Of a stretch of 64,000 nucleotides of DNA, positions 63,417 to 64,000 are shown piece by piece. The position numbers were made by a program, and so were the translations under genes. The notes beneath the pieces are model-generated. The model saw nothing but the letters and a program-made list of their open reading frames with translations. It was not told the origin of the DNA and did no database searches. Position 1 is the stretch's first letter, and each line of letters starts with the position of its first letter. The stretch is taken from assembly GCA_029953675.1 (NCBI GenBank), contig JAMWBK010000005.1, positions 496,001 through 560,000 of the forward strand, given 5' to 3'. Source of the DNA: Rhodosorus marinus CCMP1338 (lineage: Eukaryota; Plantae; Rhodophyta).

Positions 63417-63724
63417 TATCGTTCAGTCATTATGTTTAATTTTGTCCCAGTGTCCCATTGTCCCATTTATGAGAACAGTTAAGTTACCGACGTTGTTAAC
63501 CGGTCGACGGGAAAGAGGATGAGAAAAGGTTCCAGTGCGCGAATGGATTATGTTCCATTTCTGAAGGGGCGGTAAGCTTGTTTTAAGCGTTTTAGAACTA
63601 GCAAAGAATGGAAATTTGAAAAGGAAGTGCCTTGAAGTGGTGGTGGCTGAGAGAAGTGTTCGTTCGTGCTGACGAGCGAGCGCGGGGGGTTTACTGTTCT
63701 TGTTTTGTTTTTGTTCTTCTGGAT

Positions 63725-64000
63725 ATGGCTGTGACGAGGAGGAGGAGGGGGTCTGCTGTTCAGGACGTGGAAAAGCCTGAGGAATCTGGGACTGGTGAGG
63801 ATGAAGAGCTGAGTGAGGTAGAGGAGTCTGTGGAGGATGGGGAGGAGTCGACACTGAAGCCTCGGATTATGGATGAGATGAGCGAAGGGCACGCCGTTGC
63901 GGAAGAGAAGGTCTTGATAGGTGCAGTGTCTGGGGAACATGAAAGCGATGAATACGAGGAGGATTCGGAGTTGGACGACCTCAATAGCAACTCAGACGAC
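63725..64000 (+). CDS. 5' end of a protein with a basic start and a highly acidic N-terminus (runs off the window)
   Basis: ATG at 63725 opens 92 codons to the window edge: MAVTRRRRGSAVQDVEKPEESG...DEYEEDSELDDLNSNSDD. Confidence 0.65.
   Translation, partial: MAVTRRRRGSAVQDVEKPEESGTGEDEELSEVEESVEDGEESTLKPRIMDEMSEGHAVAEEKVLIGAVSGEHESDEYEEDSELDDLNSNSDD

Noticed and set aside
63725-64000. Identification of the acidic N-terminus as BOP1/ERB1
   Set aside because: Only low-complexity composition is visible. The diagnostic motifs would lie beyond the window.
40-64000. Most remaining ORF-track entries with TTG/GTG starts or antisense to called genes
   Set aside because: These are shadow ORFs of real exons or skewed low-complexity leaders. 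A prokaryotic start-codon model does not apply to this intron-containing genome.

Overview
This is gene-dense eukaryotic nuclear DNA, most likely from a unicellular red alga. That assignment is an inference from short GT-AG introns, primary-plastid-type transit peptides with an N-terminal G[FW]V motif, and compact spacing. About 20 well-supported genes can be assembled by splicing the ORF track by hand: DNAJC9-like, DPAGT1/ALG7, INO1, SKI3/TTC37, an ARM-repeat + STE-type kinase, IMP4, an RCC1-repeat protein, a plastid DEAD-box helicase, a plastid two-repeat membrane protein, a membrane-anchored bZIP, a plastid ankyrin protein, RsmH, a CELF-type RRM protein, a small 2TM/coiled-coil protein, GPATCH11, WDR76, uridine kinase/UPRT-like, cyanase, a plastid sugar porter and a NAR1/FNT channel. 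Gene blocks are separated by AT-rich, CCAAT-rich islands with G/T-skewed leaders. The spacers hold a TA-flanked MITE and its relatives, a decayed Ty3/gypsy fragment, local partial duplications and decayed gene fragments. The best leads are the cyanase/FNT neighbourhood, the inverted ARM-kinase architecture, an 87-aa J-domain-only paralog, and the new MITE family. No rRNA, convincing tRNA or CRISPR was seen. Exon boundaries were placed by eye and family names come from motif recall; no database search was run.
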